Sequence record: SRR20825006_1228
Length of the DNA stretch: 64,000 bases
Strand: one strand, 5' to 3'
The translations under genes and the position numbers were made by a program. How positions within the stretch are numbered: the first letter of the stretch is position 1; each line of letters begins with the position of its first letter. Below the pieces are notes generated by a model. It saw nothing but the letters and a program-made list of their open reading frames with translations, made no database searches and was not told the DNA's origin. Of this stretch, positions 18,811-28,727 are shown in pieces.

Positions 18811-21144
18811 GTGCAGTTTACAACCAACGCATATCCAAAAGAGCAGAGAAAGGACGCCTGGCACTTCGCGCTACAGCGATTTTCGATGGAGTTGCTTGCG
18901 CATGAGGGTGAGCTCTACGGTGAACTGGTAAGCTTTCGTAGTGCCCAGGATTTTACATTTGTCAGGATCACCTCCACCCAGCACCGGATAAGGCTCGATC
19001 TATCGCAAGGCCCATCCCAGTTCTGGCTCATAATGCTGCTGGAGGGCGATCTCGTCGCCAAGACTGACACCACAACGATTGAAGTCTCCGAGGGCGATGT
19101 TGTGTATGGGGTCGGTGATTTGGACGTGTCGCTCGATTTCAAGCGTGACAACCGGTTTTTGATGGTACAGATCCCGGTCTCTCATCCGGCGCTGAGGATA
19201 AGGTCCAAGCCTCAAGCAGATATTTCGAATTTGGTATCCGAAGCTGGAGTTGGCCGCATGCTGTCAGGCCTGTTGCGCTCTGTTGCGGATACGATCACGG
19301 ATGTTGATGACGACCAGATGCGTCCGACTGAGGTTGCGCTGCCAGAGTTCATTTCTACGGCCTTGATGAGCGAGGCCTCGACCAAGGAACTTGGCGGGGC
19401 TGCTGGTGTTCGGGCAGCTTTGCTGGAGCGTATATTCCAAACCATCGAGATGAGATTGAGCGATCCTGAGTTGAACCTTCATCAGATTGCCAAAGAGCAC
19501 AATATCTCCCCACGTTATCTACAAAAGCTGTTTGAATCCGTTGGAGACAGTTTCGGGCATTTCGTAAAATTGCGGCGATTGGAGAGATGCCGACTCGACC
19601 TCAGAAGCCCTTTGCACGCGCAGAGATCGATTTCGGATATCCTGTTCCAATGGGGCTTCAATGACAGTGCCTCATTCAGTCGGGCATTCCGCGAACAGTA
19701 CGGTATGAGTCCGCGGGAGTATCGCCGGATGCCGCCGGGCGACGAATCAGAATCCGAAGTGCTGCAGCGCGGGCGGCCCCCTACGGCGAAGGATCAGGTG
19801 ATTGAGCCCGAAGAGCCGGAACAAACAGATGACTTTCGCGATGCCGATGATGAGTCTGGTGAGATAGGGACTGTTGCGCCTGTGCCCGTAAAGCGCGGCG
19901 CGCGACACCATTATCTGCCCGTTACACCGGATACGATCCATTGGGGCCATTTCAGCAGCTCGCTCAAGCCGGTCCTCACGGTGGAATCCGGTGACTATGT
20001 GACGGTCGAGACACTCACGCATCACGCCAATGATGATCATGATCGCATGGTGAAGGGTGATCAGGCGGTTGAGGACATCTATCGCTGGACTGCGGAGGGC
20101 AAAACCGTCAATCGTCGGGGCGCTGGCGCACTCGACTCCTCTTCGTCGACAGGCCGCGGTGCTGGTGAGGGGTTTGGCGTCCATATCTGTACCGGTCCAA
20201 TCGAGATTGCCGGCGCAGAACCCAACGACATTGTTGAAATCCGTATCCTGGAACTGAAGCCGAGAACGAGTGCCAATCCGAAATATTCCGGGCAGTCTTT
20301 CGGGAGCAACGCGGCGGCGTATTGGGGATTTCAGTACAATGACCTGCTGACCGAGCCAAAACAGCGGGAAGTGATCACGATTTATGAAGTCGAAAGTGAG
20401 ATGGGCCGTTCGTGCGCTCGCGCGGTCTATAATTATCGCTGGACCCCTCAGACTGATCCCTTCGGGGTAGTGCACGAATTGTATGACTACCCAGGCCTGC
20501 CGGTGGACACCAGCACGATCGAAAAGAACTATGATGTATTACGGAACATCGAAATACCGGTACGTCCTCATTTCGGGGTAATCGGGTTGGCACCGCCGCA
20601 GACGAAGCTCGTGGATTCGATCCCGCCAGGAAATTTTGGCGGAAATCTCGACAATTGGCGAATTGCTCCGGGATCCAGCCTGTTCCTGCCCGTTGGAGTG
20701 CCTGGTGCGCTTCTTTCGCTTGGCGACCCGCATGCATCGCAAGGTGACTCAGAACTTTGCGGTACGGCAATTGAGTGTTCGATGACTGCCTTGATACAGC
20801 CGATCCTGCATCGCGCGAGCGAGAAGATGGGGCATATCCGCGATCTTGATTATCCGCTGTTGGAAACTTCCGATGCATGGGTGATCTTCGGGTTCAGCCA
20901 TCCGAATTATCTGAAGGAACTCGGTTCTTCGGCGCAGAGCGATATCTATAAAAAGTCCTCGATCGACCTCGCGATGAGGGACGCCTTCCGCAAGGCGCGG
21001 CGGTTTCTGATGACGGCTCGCGACCTCGACGAGGACGAAGCGATCTCGCTGCTCTCTGTTGGTGTCGATTTCGGTATCACACAAGTCGTCAACGGAAACT
21101 GGGGCGTTCACGCGATCATCCGGAAAGAGTTGTTCACTGCGTGA
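18811..21144 (+). CDS. AraC-family regulator fused to a C-terminal acetamidase/formamidase-family domain
   Basis: Residues ~1-305 are an AraC ligand domain plus HTH (SPRYLQKLF, RRLERC, WGFNDSASFSRAFREQYGMSPREYR). An acidic linker follows, then TIHWGHF, HICTGPI, GGNLDNW and GDPHASQGDSELCGTAIE. It is one uninterrupted 777-aa ORF. Confidence 0.92.
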   Translation: MQFTTNAYPKEQRKDAWHFALQRFSMELLAHEGELYGELVSFRSAQDFTFVRITSTQHRIRLDLSQGPSQFWLIMLLEGDLVAKTDTTTIEVSEGDVVYGVGDLDVSLDFKRDNRFLMVQIPVSHPALRIRSKPQADISNLVSEAGVGRMLSGLLRSVADTITDVDDDQMRPTEVALPEFISTALMSEASTKELGGAAGVRAALLERIFQTIEMRLSDPELNLHQIAKEHNISPRYLQKLFESVGDSFGHFVKLRRLERCRLDLRSPLHAQRSISDILFQWGFNDSASFSRAFREQYGMSPREYRRMPPGDESESEVLQRGRPPTAKDQVIEPEEPEQTDDFRDADDESGEIGTVAPVPVKRGARHHYLPVTPDTIHWGHFSSSLKPVLTVESGDYVTVETLTHHANDDHDRMVKGDQAVEDIYRWTAEGKTVNRRGAGALDSSSSTGRGAGEGFGVHICTGPIEIAGAEPNDIVEIRILELKPRTSANPKYSGQSFGSNAAAYWGFQYNDLLTEPKQREVITIYEVESEMGRSCARAVYNYRWTPQTDPFGVVHELYDYPGLPVDTSTIEKNYDVLRNIEIPVRPHFGVIGLAPPQTKLVDSIPPGNFGGNLDNWRIAPGSSLFLPVGVPGALLSLGDPHASQGDSELCGTAIECSMTALIQPILHRASEKMGHIRDLDYPLLETSDAWVIFGFSHPNYLKELGSSAQSDIYKKSSIDLAMRDAFRKARRFLMTARDLDEDEAISLLSVGVDFGITQVVNGNWGVHAIIRKELFTA

Positions 21145-21202
21145 TTTGAGCGCGATGTTCTCCCGATGTTTCCCTTAAAATGGCTGCCGGGAAACATGTT
21201 GT

Positions 21203-21217
21203 GCGCGCAGAGACAAG
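21203..21217 (+). promoter_or_regulatory. Candidate cluster-regulon box (GCGC-N7-CAAG)
   Basis: GCGCGCAGAGACAAG, 56 nt upstream of the Rieske gene ATG. Confidence 0.6.
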
Positions 21218-21273
21218 AATGTGCACGCTGTGAATGACAGATTGAAGCTGACAGAAGCAGGAAGGACCGGACA

Positions 21274-22479
21274 ATGCCGATCACCATCACCGAGCAATTC
21301 ATCCAGTCCCTGGCGACATCCAAACAAGACGTGCTGGAAGCCGAAACATTGCCACCTGAATGCTACACCGACGCCAATTTCTACGAATTCGAGAAGGAGG
21401 CGCTCTTCACTCACGATTGGCTGTGTGTTGGTCGGGAAGAGTGGGTTTCGGAGCCCGGTGACTATTTCACGACTTCGACCGTGAATGAGCCGATCGTTGT
21501 TGCGCGGAATCGCAAGGGTGAGTTGAAGGCCATGTCATCGGTATGCCAGCACCGCGCCATGCTCGTGGCCGAGGGGAGCGGGAATGCGCGCGGGTTCGTG
21601 TGTCCTTATCACCATTGGAGCTATTCGCTTGACGGTGACCTTGTAGGCGCCCCTGCAATGAACAAGACGTGCGAGTTTGATCGCAAGGCGAATGGGCTCC
21701 CGAACTTCAAAGTTGAGGTCTGGGAAGGTTTCATCTTTATCAATTTTGATCAGGATGCAGCGCCGCTAGCCCCTCGATTGGTCCACGTGCAGGAGGCAAT
21801 CAAGGGATATGACCTTGCCAGTGCTGAAGGTCCGCGCCCGGATCCGGCACCACGCCTGATGTGGAATTGGAAAGTCATGTTCGAGAATAACAATGACGGT
21901 TACCACGCCAGCCGGTTGCATCATGGACCCCTGCATGACTTTGTACCTTCCGAGCGTGCAAGCTTTCCGGACGCACCGGAGGGAGCGGCAGGTTATCTGA
22001 GGTTCAATGGTACGCTCCATCCGGATGCGAGCTTCAATCCGACTCAGAAGGCTGTCTTGCCCGTATTCCCTGGCCTCTCTGACGAGGCGCGCCAGCGGAT
22101 GACGTTTGCGAACATCCCACCGAGCCTGTCGCTCGTGATGACAAGCGACATGGTGATCTATCTGATCATTCGTCCTGACAGCCCGGAAACGCATTACATG
22201 GACACGGGCGTGCTTGTTGCGCCTGGGGCCATGGAAGACGAAGCCTATGAGCACAAGATGGAGATGATCATGAATTCGACATCCCATATTATTGCTCAGG
22301 ATTGGCATGTTGACGAAATGGTCCAGCTCGGACTGCGGTCGCGCTTTGCCAAACGGGGGCGCTACTCCTGGCAGGAAGGAGCGCAAGCGCAATTCAATGA
22401 ATGGCTCGTTGACCGGTATGTTTCGGAATGGAACCGCCGCGCTGAGCCGACGGATGATGCCAGCATTGCGGCAGAGTAG
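21274..22479 (+). CDS. Rieske non-heme iron oxygenase alpha subunit (choline monooxygenase/CntA-like group)
   Basis: Rieske motif CQHR...CPYHHW, mononuclear Fe motif ENNNDGYHASRLH and a C-terminal QD. No beta subunit is adjacent. Confidence 0.92.
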   Translation: MPITITEQFIQSLATSKQDVLEAETLPPECYTDANFYEFEKEALFTHDWLCVGREEWVSEPGDYFTTSTVNEPIVVARNRKGELKAMSSVCQHRAMLVAEGSGNARGFVCPYHHWSYSLDGDLVGAPAMNKTCEFDRKANGLPNFKVEVWEGFIFINFDQDAAPLAPRLVHVQEAIKGYDLASAEGPRPDPAPRLMWNWKVMFENNNDGYHASRLHHGPLHDFVPSERASFPDAPEGAAGYLRFNGTLHPDASFNPTQKAVLPVFPGLSDEARQRMTFANIPPSLSLVMTSDMVIYLIIRPDSPETHYMDTGVLVAPGAMEDEAYEHKMEMIMNSTSHIIAQDWHVDEMVQLGLRSRFAKRGRYSWQEGAQAQFNEWLVDRYVSEWNRRAEPTDDASIAAE

Positions 22480-22493
22480 AGTAGGCCGATCAC

Positions 22494-23531
22494 GTGAGGC
22501 CGCCCGAGCATCCAACCACCTGGAGATTTAATACGCGGTCGGTTCCGCCAGCTGACAGAAATGCAGCTTGGGCGAATGCAATGCGTAGATTGCGGTTGCC
22601 ATTTGTGTCTGATCCGGGTGGCCAGCCTGTTGATGGACAGATGATTATTCAGACGTCCACCATGGGTCTGCAGTTCGCCTGGATTGAGTCTGGTCGTCAG
22701 GTGATTGATGGTCGGGAACTTGAGCAGGGCGAGGGCCTCTGGCTACTCGTCCTTTTGAAGGGGGATGCAAGGTTCAGCGCAGACAAGTTCTCGGTGAATG
22801 TTGACAACAAGATGATCGTCTTTGGCGCGACACGTCATGATTCCCGCCTGGAAGTGAGTGAAAACAACGCGATACTATTCGTCCGAATTCCAGCCGTGGC
22901 GCTGGGCGGACGATTGATTGCACCGACCCATTATCAAGCTGGTACGCTCGACGGCAACTTCGGAGTTGGACGTATGCTGATCAGCATGCTTCACATACTG
23001 GCCGATGAGATTGGAGATATCTCCACGCAAGATCTTCGACCAGTCGAGCTTTCCCTGATCGAGATGTTGTCCAGCAAACTACTCGGTGTTGCCGGAAAAC
23101 GTTCCTTGGGTGGTGCGGAAGGTGCACGCGCTGCCCATTTGCACAGAATCCAACAGACGCTGGAAACGTTAATATGGGACCCCGATCTGACAATCGCAAA
23201 GGCGGCAGACGAAGTCGGCGTTTCACCACGGTATCTGCAGCGTCTGTTTGCCGCTGATAATCGGAGTTTTAGCGGTTACCTCAAGAAGAGGCGACTGGAG
23301 CGCTGTCATGCCGACCTGATCAGCCCGCTGCATGCGCAGGAATCCATTTCGGAAGTTGCATACCGCTGGGGGTTCAGCAGTTCGGCACATTTCAGCCGGA
23401 GCTTCCGCGACCATTTCGGGCTGTCGCCACGAGAACATCGCCGTTCCGGTCTGGCGAACCAGATCGAGGATGAAATGAAGGTCAACAAATTGTGGGGGCA
23501 GTATCAAGAGCTGTCGAAAGACCGCCTTTAA
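22494..23531 (+). CDS. AraC-family transcriptional regulator
   Basis: SPRYLQRLF, RRLERC and WGFSSSAHFSRSFRDHFGLSPRE. Paralogue of the AraC part of 18811..21144. Confidence 0.92.
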   Translation: MRPPEHPTTWRFNTRSVPPADRNAAWANAMRRLRLPFVSDPGGQPVDGQMIIQTSTMGLQFAWIESGRQVIDGRELEQGEGLWLLVLLKGDARFSADKFSVNVDNKMIVFGATRHDSRLEVSENNAILFVRIPAVALGGRLIAPTHYQAGTLDGNFGVGRMLISMLHILADEIGDISTQDLRPVELSLIEMLSSKLLGVAGKRSLGGAEGARAAHLHRIQQTLETLIWDPDLTIAKAADEVGVSPRYLQRLFAADNRSFSGYLKKRRLERCHADLISPLHAQESISEVAYRWGFSSSAHFSRSFRDHFGLSPREHRRSGLANQIEDEMKVNKLWGQYQELSKDRL

Positions 23532-23591
23532 GTTTGGCTTCAGCAGATGGCGTCCCGAAAGGGCGCGTGAAAGTAAGTATAGGGATTATAT

Positions 23592-24083
23592 ATGACTTAT
23601 CCGAACACTCTGATTTTCGTCGACCTCATGTCTGACGATCCGGTCAAGGCCGGAAAATTCTATGCAGCTGTCATGGGCTGGGAAGACGATGTTCGAATGG
23701 ATGGCCAGTTCTGCCGCATGGTGCCAGGCGGGAACTTCAAAAACCCCGACGGATCTGACAGTGAGATCGGGAACCTGCATATCGGAATTGGGGATGTCGC
23801 AAACTTGCGCCCGAATCCTGACCCCGCTGGCGTGGATTCGCGCACCTTGTCTCCGTTTGCGAGGTCATCCCGCCTGTGGGTGTTAGTGAGCGAAGACGAC
23901 TCTGTCGACAGGATCATGACCGCCGCAGTTGAGCATGGAGCGGAAGTTCTGTGGCGGAACCATTACTGGAAAGAGTTTAATGGTTTCAATGACGCATTCC
24001 GTGATCCTTGGGGGAACGAAATCATCCTGTGGAGGAAAGGTGGCGTCGATCCCGTTATTCCGGAAGGCTATACGAGCGAGTGA
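23592..24083 (+). CDS. VOC/glyoxalase-family protein
   Basis: FVDLMSDDPVKAGKFYAAVMGW and FRDPWGNEI. Confidence 0.82.
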   Translation: MTYPNTLIFVDLMSDDPVKAGKFYAAVMGWEDDVRMDGQFCRMVPGGNFKNPDGSDSEIGNLHIGIGDVANLRPNPDPAGVDSRTLSPFARSSRLWVLVSEDDSVDRIMTAAVEHGAEVLWRNHYWKEFNGFNDAFRDPWGNEIILWRKGGVDPVIPEGYTSE

Positions 24084-25375
24084 CCGAAGTGATGGGAGCG
24101 GATGTGGCCGGGAAACCGGAAGGTGCTAACCGGGCAGGAGTGGTTGTAGCTGCAACTGTCGGCAACATTGTCAGCACCACTCCCGCCATCAGTGCCGTCT
24201 TCAGCCTGTTCCTGATCCCTATTTCAACAGAATTCGGATGGCCACGGGCAGTGGTGTCGGGCGTGCTGCTTCTAACTGCGGTGATGTCCGCTATCATCTA
24301 CCCCTTGGCTGGTCGGCTGTCGGATCGTTGGGGATCTCGCCGAGTTATTCTTGTTGGAAACGCGCTTTTCGCTCCGGCGATTGCGGGTTTGGCTCTGGCC
24401 GATGGTTCAGTGGTCCAATTCTACTTGTTGTTTGCCATCGTAGGAGCGGCTGGAGCAATCCCATCCACACCAGCCTATTCCAAAGTCATATCCGAATGGT
24501 TCGATGAGAAGCGGGGGCTGATGCTCGGCGTAGCCGCGGGATTCGGCAACGGCATCGGATCAACTTTCATGCCCATCGCGGCTGGTCTGATGCTGGTCCA
24601 GTTCGGGTGGCGCGGCGCATACATTGGCATCGGTTTGATCGTATTCTGCCTGGGCTTTCCAACGCTTCTCGCCTTGCTGAGGGATGCGCCTGGGAGGGTC
24701 GAGGAAATCAAGCTCCGCGAGCGACAGCTTGATGTGCCGGACATCCCTGCGGCTCCTCTGCCCGGCGTCAATCTCGCAGAGGCAACTTCAACTCGGACAT
24801 TCTGGATTTTGATGGCGGCAGTCGCGCTCGGAGCGGGCTGTATGACTGCCATCTTTACCCATGTGGTTCCGATGCTCATGGATCGAGGTATCGTTATACA
24901 GCAGGCCACTCTTGCAATCAGCATCTTCGCGCTGGTCACAGCGGGATGGCAGGTGGTGACGGGATATCTGCTCGATAAATTCTACACGCCAATTGTCGCG
25001 GTACCCATGTTCGCGGCCGCTATACTGGGCCTTCTTTGCTTTCAGTTCAGCCAGTCCATGGTTGTGATATATTTTGGGGCGGCCTTGATGGGAGTTGGTC
25101 TTGGCGCAGAGTTCGGATGTCTGTCCTATTTTGTGTCTCGATACTTTGGTCTCAAAGCCTTCGGTATGATCATCGGCGTGTACTACTCCGTGGTCATTGT
25201 ATTTCAGGGTGGCGCACCAGTCCTTATGGATGTGGGATTCGACGTGACGGGCAGTTACGAGGCGTCGGTGTGGGTGCTGTCTGTTCTGTTGGCCATCGGG
25301 GCCGCGCTTATCCTTTTACTGCCTGCGTTTGAGATACAGCGACCCTCCGCATCACTGGAGGCATCTGCGTCATGA
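24080..25375 (+). CDS. MFS transporter
   Basis: Motif A GRLSDRWGSRR, WFDEKRG and RYFGLKAFG. The GTG start overlaps the upstream stop (GTGA). Confidence 0.9.
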   Translation: MTEVMGADVAGKPEGANRAGVVVAATVGNIVSTTPAISAVFSLFLIPISTEFGWPRAVVSGVLLLTAVMSAIIYPLAGRLSDRWGSRRVILVGNALFAPAIAGLALADGSVVQFYLLFAIVGAAGAIPSTPAYSKVISEWFDEKRGLMLGVAAGFGNGIGSTFMPIAAGLMLVQFGWRGAYIGIGLIVFCLGFPTLLALLRDAPGRVEEIKLRERQLDVPDIPAAPLPGVNLAEATSTRTFWILMAAVALGAGCMTAIFTHVVPMLMDRGIVIQQATLAISIFALVTAGWQVVTGYLLDKFYTPIVAVPMFAAAILGLLCFQFSQSMVVIYFGAALMGVGLGAEFGCLSYFVSRYFGLKAFGMIIGVYYSVVIVFQGGAPVLMDVGFDVTGSYEASVWVLSVLLAIGAALILLLPAFEIQRPSASLEASAS

Positions 25376-26310
25376 GCAAACTCGACATTCTTGGAAGCGT
25401 GAATTTGGACATAGTTTTGCGAGTGCATGACCTTCCGCGACCAGGTGAAACTGTGCACGCGACACAATCTGAGCGGTATCTTGGCGGCAAGGGCGCCAAC
25501 CAAGCGGTGAGCGCCGCCCGAACGGGCGCCGATTTGAGGTTTCGCGCCTGTGTGGGCAACGACGAGGATGGCGAATGGCTTACTGCGCAATTGGCCGCAC
25601 ACGCGGTGACGCCTGCAGACGTAGAAGTCATTGCCGGTGAAGCGAGTGGACGCGCCTATGTATGCGTTGATCAGGCCGGCGAAAATCTCATCATCGTACA
25701 TGCTGGCGCAAATGATCGTTTAAGCCTAATGGCTGAGCCAGTTGAGCCAGTTGAGCCAAGCCGAGTTGCGCTTGCCCAATTGGAAACGCCTATCGCTTCG
25801 ACCGTAGACTTTTTCCGGACACACCGGGACCGGGGAACAATTACAGTACTAAACGCCGCCCCAGCCGTGGCTGAAGCCCGGGATTCCCTTTTCGCGCTAA
25901 CAGACATCCTTATCCTGAATGAATCCGAGTTGGCCTTCTACGCCGGAAGAGAGGTCCTGCCAGAAGATGTCGAGGATATTACAATGCTTGCGAGAGAGCT
26001 TATTGCTCACGAAAACCAGGTCATTGTTCTCACCTGTGGTGCTGCCGGTGCTTTGGCTATCACCCAAGATGGGCTCGACTTCACACCGGCTCGCCTCACG
26101 AAGGTTCGCGACACAACGGGGTCGGGCGATTGCTTTTGTGGCGCGCTCTGTGCGCGATTGGCAGCGGGAGCTGAACTTGACCAAGCGATCTACTTCGCCT
26201 CGGTCGCGGCGTCCTTGTCCGTGGAAAAGAACGGCGCAGCTGCATCAATGCCAAGTCTGGAAGACGTTGAGCTTGCGATTTTTGAAATGACCGCAGCGGA
26301 GGTATCATGA
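25372..26310 (+). CDS. rbsK: Ribokinase (PfkB family)
   Basis: GSVNLD, LPRPGET, GGKGANQA, QLETP, LNAAPA, NESE and DTTGSGDCF. Confidence 0.85.
   Translation: MSKLDILGSVNLDIVLRVHDLPRPGETVHATQSERYLGGKGANQAVSAARTGADLRFRACVGNDEDGEWLTAQLAAHAVTPADVEVIAGEASGRAYVCVDQAGENLIIVHAGANDRLSLMAEPVEPVEPSRVALAQLETPIASTVDFFRTHRDRGTITVLNAAPAVAEARDSLFALTDILILNESELAFYAGREVLPEDVEDITMLARELIAHENQVIVLTCGAAGALAITQDGLDFTPARLTKVRDTTGSGDCFCGALCARLAAGAELDQAIYFASVAASLSVEKNGAAASMPSLEDVELAIFEMTAAEVS
25734..25758 (+). repeat. In-frame 9-bp tandem repeat (TGAGCCAGT x2.8)
   Basis: Encodes EPVEPVEP within the ribokinase. Confidence 0.7.
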
Positions 26311-27143
26311 TGAAAACCTGGCTAATAACAGGCGTGGGAAAAGGTTTGGGAAAAGACCTGGCTGAGACAGTCCTGCAACGCGGAGATCGGGTTGTCGGCA
26401 CAGTGCGGTCCGAACGCGATGCGCAAACCTTCGCGGAGACTGATCCGCAACTTGCCGTGCCGATTTTTCTGGACGTCACACACTTTGACGACATCCATGA
26501 AACGATCAACGAGGTCGAGAAGCGTTTTGGCCAAATCGACGTGCTCGTGAACAATGCGGGCTATGGGCTCACCGGTGCGATCGAGGAGACGCCACTGGAC
26601 AAGATCAAGGCCCTGTTCGAGGTCAACGTGCTCGGCGCGGTTGCCATGATCCAGGCGGTGCTGCCGGGCATGCGCCAACATCGAAGCGGCCATATCATTA
26701 ACATCACGTCGGTGAGTGGTCTGGCACCCTGGGCGGGCACTGGAATATATGGAGCCAGCAAATATGCGATGGAGTGCATTGGGCAGACACTCGCTGATGA
26801 GGTTCAGCCCCTGGGTATCCATGTGACCAATGTGGCGCCGGGTGGCATGCGCACCGATTTTTCAGGTGGATCGCTGGATTCGGCCCCGCCGAGTATATCG
26901 GACTATGATGGCACGGCGCATTTGGCTCATGAAGTTCTGACGGAAGGCAAAGGAAAGGAACCGAGTTCCCCCACGAAGATTGCGCACGCGATATGCGAGA
27001 TGACAGAAATGGATGTTCCACCCACGCTGCTCGTCTTGGGGAGTGATGCCTATAAGTACGCTATAGGTCACTTGGCGAATTTGAGTGACGGCATCGAAGC
27101 GTTCAAAAATGTCAGCTTGGCCGTCTCTGCAGACGGCATGTGA
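26307..27143 (+). CDS. Short-chain dehydrogenase/reductase
   Basis: TGVGKGLG, NNAGYG, catalytic S...YGASK and PG motif. Confidence 0.93.
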   Translation: MMKTWLITGVGKGLGKDLAETVLQRGDRVVGTVRSERDAQTFAETDPQLAVPIFLDVTHFDDIHETINEVEKRFGQIDVLVNNAGYGLTGAIEETPLDKIKALFEVNVLGAVAMIQAVLPGMRQHRSGHIINITSVSGLAPWAGTGIYGASKYAMECIGQTLADEVQPLGIHVTNVAPGGMRTDFSGGSLDSAPPSISDYDGTAHLAHEVLTEGKGKEPSSPTKIAHAICEMTEMDVPPTLLVLGSDAYKYAIGHLANLSDGIEAFKNVSLAVSADGM

Positions 27144-27181
27144 GAATTCCGATGCCTTCACTACTGTCGGAAAGAATTTGT

Positions 27182-27196
27182 GTGACACCGGGCAAG
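27182..27196 (+). promoter_or_regulatory. Degenerate cluster-regulon box (GTGA-N7-CAAG)
   Basis: The CAAGAC half is conserved. The site is 68 nt upstream of the likely ATG at 27265. Confidence 0.35.
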
Positions 27197-27264
27197 ACCG
27201 CTTCACTCTTTCATTCTAGCATCTCCAGGATGCAAAACCCCGTAAACCGAGTTTGGAGATCATC

Positions 27265-28344
27265 ATGAGCACGATGGAAACATGTGAGCCTGTCACCAGC
27301 GCCGCTGCGTGGAGGGGTGACCAGATCAAGGCGGGCGAAGATTGGATCTACCATTTGTCTCCGGTTCAGATCGCAGAGCTTGAGGATCTGGGTGCAAAGT
27401 TCGTCGAAGACGACCCAGACTTGCGGTTCGTTCAAGCCTCTGAATATCCGCTGAAAGCATGTGCCGACGCGATCGCGGAATGGGGAAGTGATGTAGATAC
27501 AGGTCGCGGGTTTGTGCTCGTTCGTGGATTGAGAACACATCTCTACTCGGACGCACTTTCATCTGCGATCTATTACATTCTCGGCCTGCATATGGGTGAT
27601 CCGATCCGACAAAACGAGATGGGCGACCTGCTGGATCACATTTATGCAACCTCCGACAAGACGATGGATGACCCAACCGCGCTGTCGTCCAAGGTTCGTG
27701 ACAAGCTGGTCTTCCACTCCGACAGTTCGGATGTCGTGGCCCTGATGTGCTTGAGGCCTGCAAAAGCCGGGGGGGCATCCTGCCTTGTTTCGGGCGCCGA
27801 AATTTATAATGAGATCTTGCGACGCCGGCCGGACCTGGCGCCGCTTCTGCTTGAGCCATTCCACTGGGACTGGCGCCGGCAAGACCACAATGCGCCAGCG
27901 AACACTTATACCTCGCCGATCATCAGCATCGAAGAAGGCGTGTTCAGCATGTATGCGGGCTCGTTGTACATTCTGACGGCTCAGGATTATCCCGGCGTCC
28001 CGCAGTTGAGCGACGCGCAGAAAGAGGTGCTGGAGCTGTTTGACGAGATCACATATGAACCTGGCATGGCCATCGAGATGGATTTCCGCCCCGGTGATAT
28101 TCAGTGGCTCTCCAACTATGGCGCTTTGCATTCTCGAACCGAATTTTTCGATTTCCCGGAACCACAACGCAAGCGTCACCTTTTGCGGCTCTGGCTGAGC
28201 CGGGATGCAGGACGACCTGTCGTCGAAGGATTTGGAAAGAATGGAGTTGTCCAGGTTCGCGAAAAGCCGCGCGAGGGTGCAGACGATGACAATGCGGGGA
28301 AATTCAAGATTGCGGACGCCGCTGTTCCACGAATGATATCCTGA
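27265..28344 (+). CDS. TauD/TfdA (clavaminate synthase-like) Fe(II)/2-oxoglutarate dioxygenase
   Basis: GRGFVLVRGL, FHSDSSDVVALMC, PGDIQWLSN...LHSR and RHLLRLWL. The start was chosen from the GGAG SD. Confidence 0.9.
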   Translation: MSTMETCEPVTSAAAWRGDQIKAGEDWIYHLSPVQIAELEDLGAKFVEDDPDLRFVQASEYPLKACADAIAEWGSDVDTGRGFVLVRGLRTHLYSDALSSAIYYILGLHMGDPIRQNEMGDLLDHIYATSDKTMDDPTALSSKVRDKLVFHSDSSDVVALMCLRPAKAGGASCLVSGAEIYNEILRRRPDLAPLLLEPFHWDWRRQDHNAPANTYTSPIISIEEGVFSMYAGSLYILTAQDYPGVPQLSDAQKEVLELFDEITYEPGMAIEMDFRPGDIQWLSNYGALHSRTEFFDFPEPQRKRHLLRLWLSRDAGRPVVEGFGKNGVVQVREKPREGADDDNAGKFKIADAAVPRMIS

Positions 28345-28400
28345 GGTATCCGAGCAATCGGAACGCCGCGCGTAGCCGTTAAAAACAGAGGATGACCTGA

Positions 28401-28721
28401 ATGCCGCAACTACGCATCGTCAAAAGATCCGGAGAAGAAGCAATCATCGACGCAACCGCTGGACATAGTGTGATGGAAGCCATCACCAATTCGGGCGTAG
28501 AGGACATTGCTGCGATTTGCGGAGGAGCATGCGCGTGCGCGACCTGTCACGTGTATGTGGCGGAAGAATATGGCGAGCTTGCCGGTGCCGCTTCGGAATC
28601 CGAGCGAGAATTGCTGGACTTTTCAGATAATGCACGCCCGCAATCGCGGCTATCTTGCCAGATCATCATCACCGAGGCCTTGGCAGGTTTGCGAGTGGAA
28701 GTGGCGCCGGAAGAAGATTGA
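28401..28721 (+). CDS. [2Fe-2S] ferredoxin (adrenodoxin/putidaredoxin type)
   Basis: CGGACACATCHVYV and SRLSCQI. Confidence 0.95.
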   Translation: MPQLRIVKRSGEEAIIDATAGHSVMEAITNSGVEDIAAICGGACACATCHVYVAEEYGELAGAASESERELLDFSDNARPQSRLSCQIIITEALAGLRVEVAPEED

Positions 28722-28727
28722 GCAAAT

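Noticed and set aside
23563-23577. GCGC-N7-TAAG upstream of the VOC gene
   Set aside because: Only 14 nt from the ATG, unlike the other boxes, and part of a GAAA-loop hairpin. Likely coincidental.
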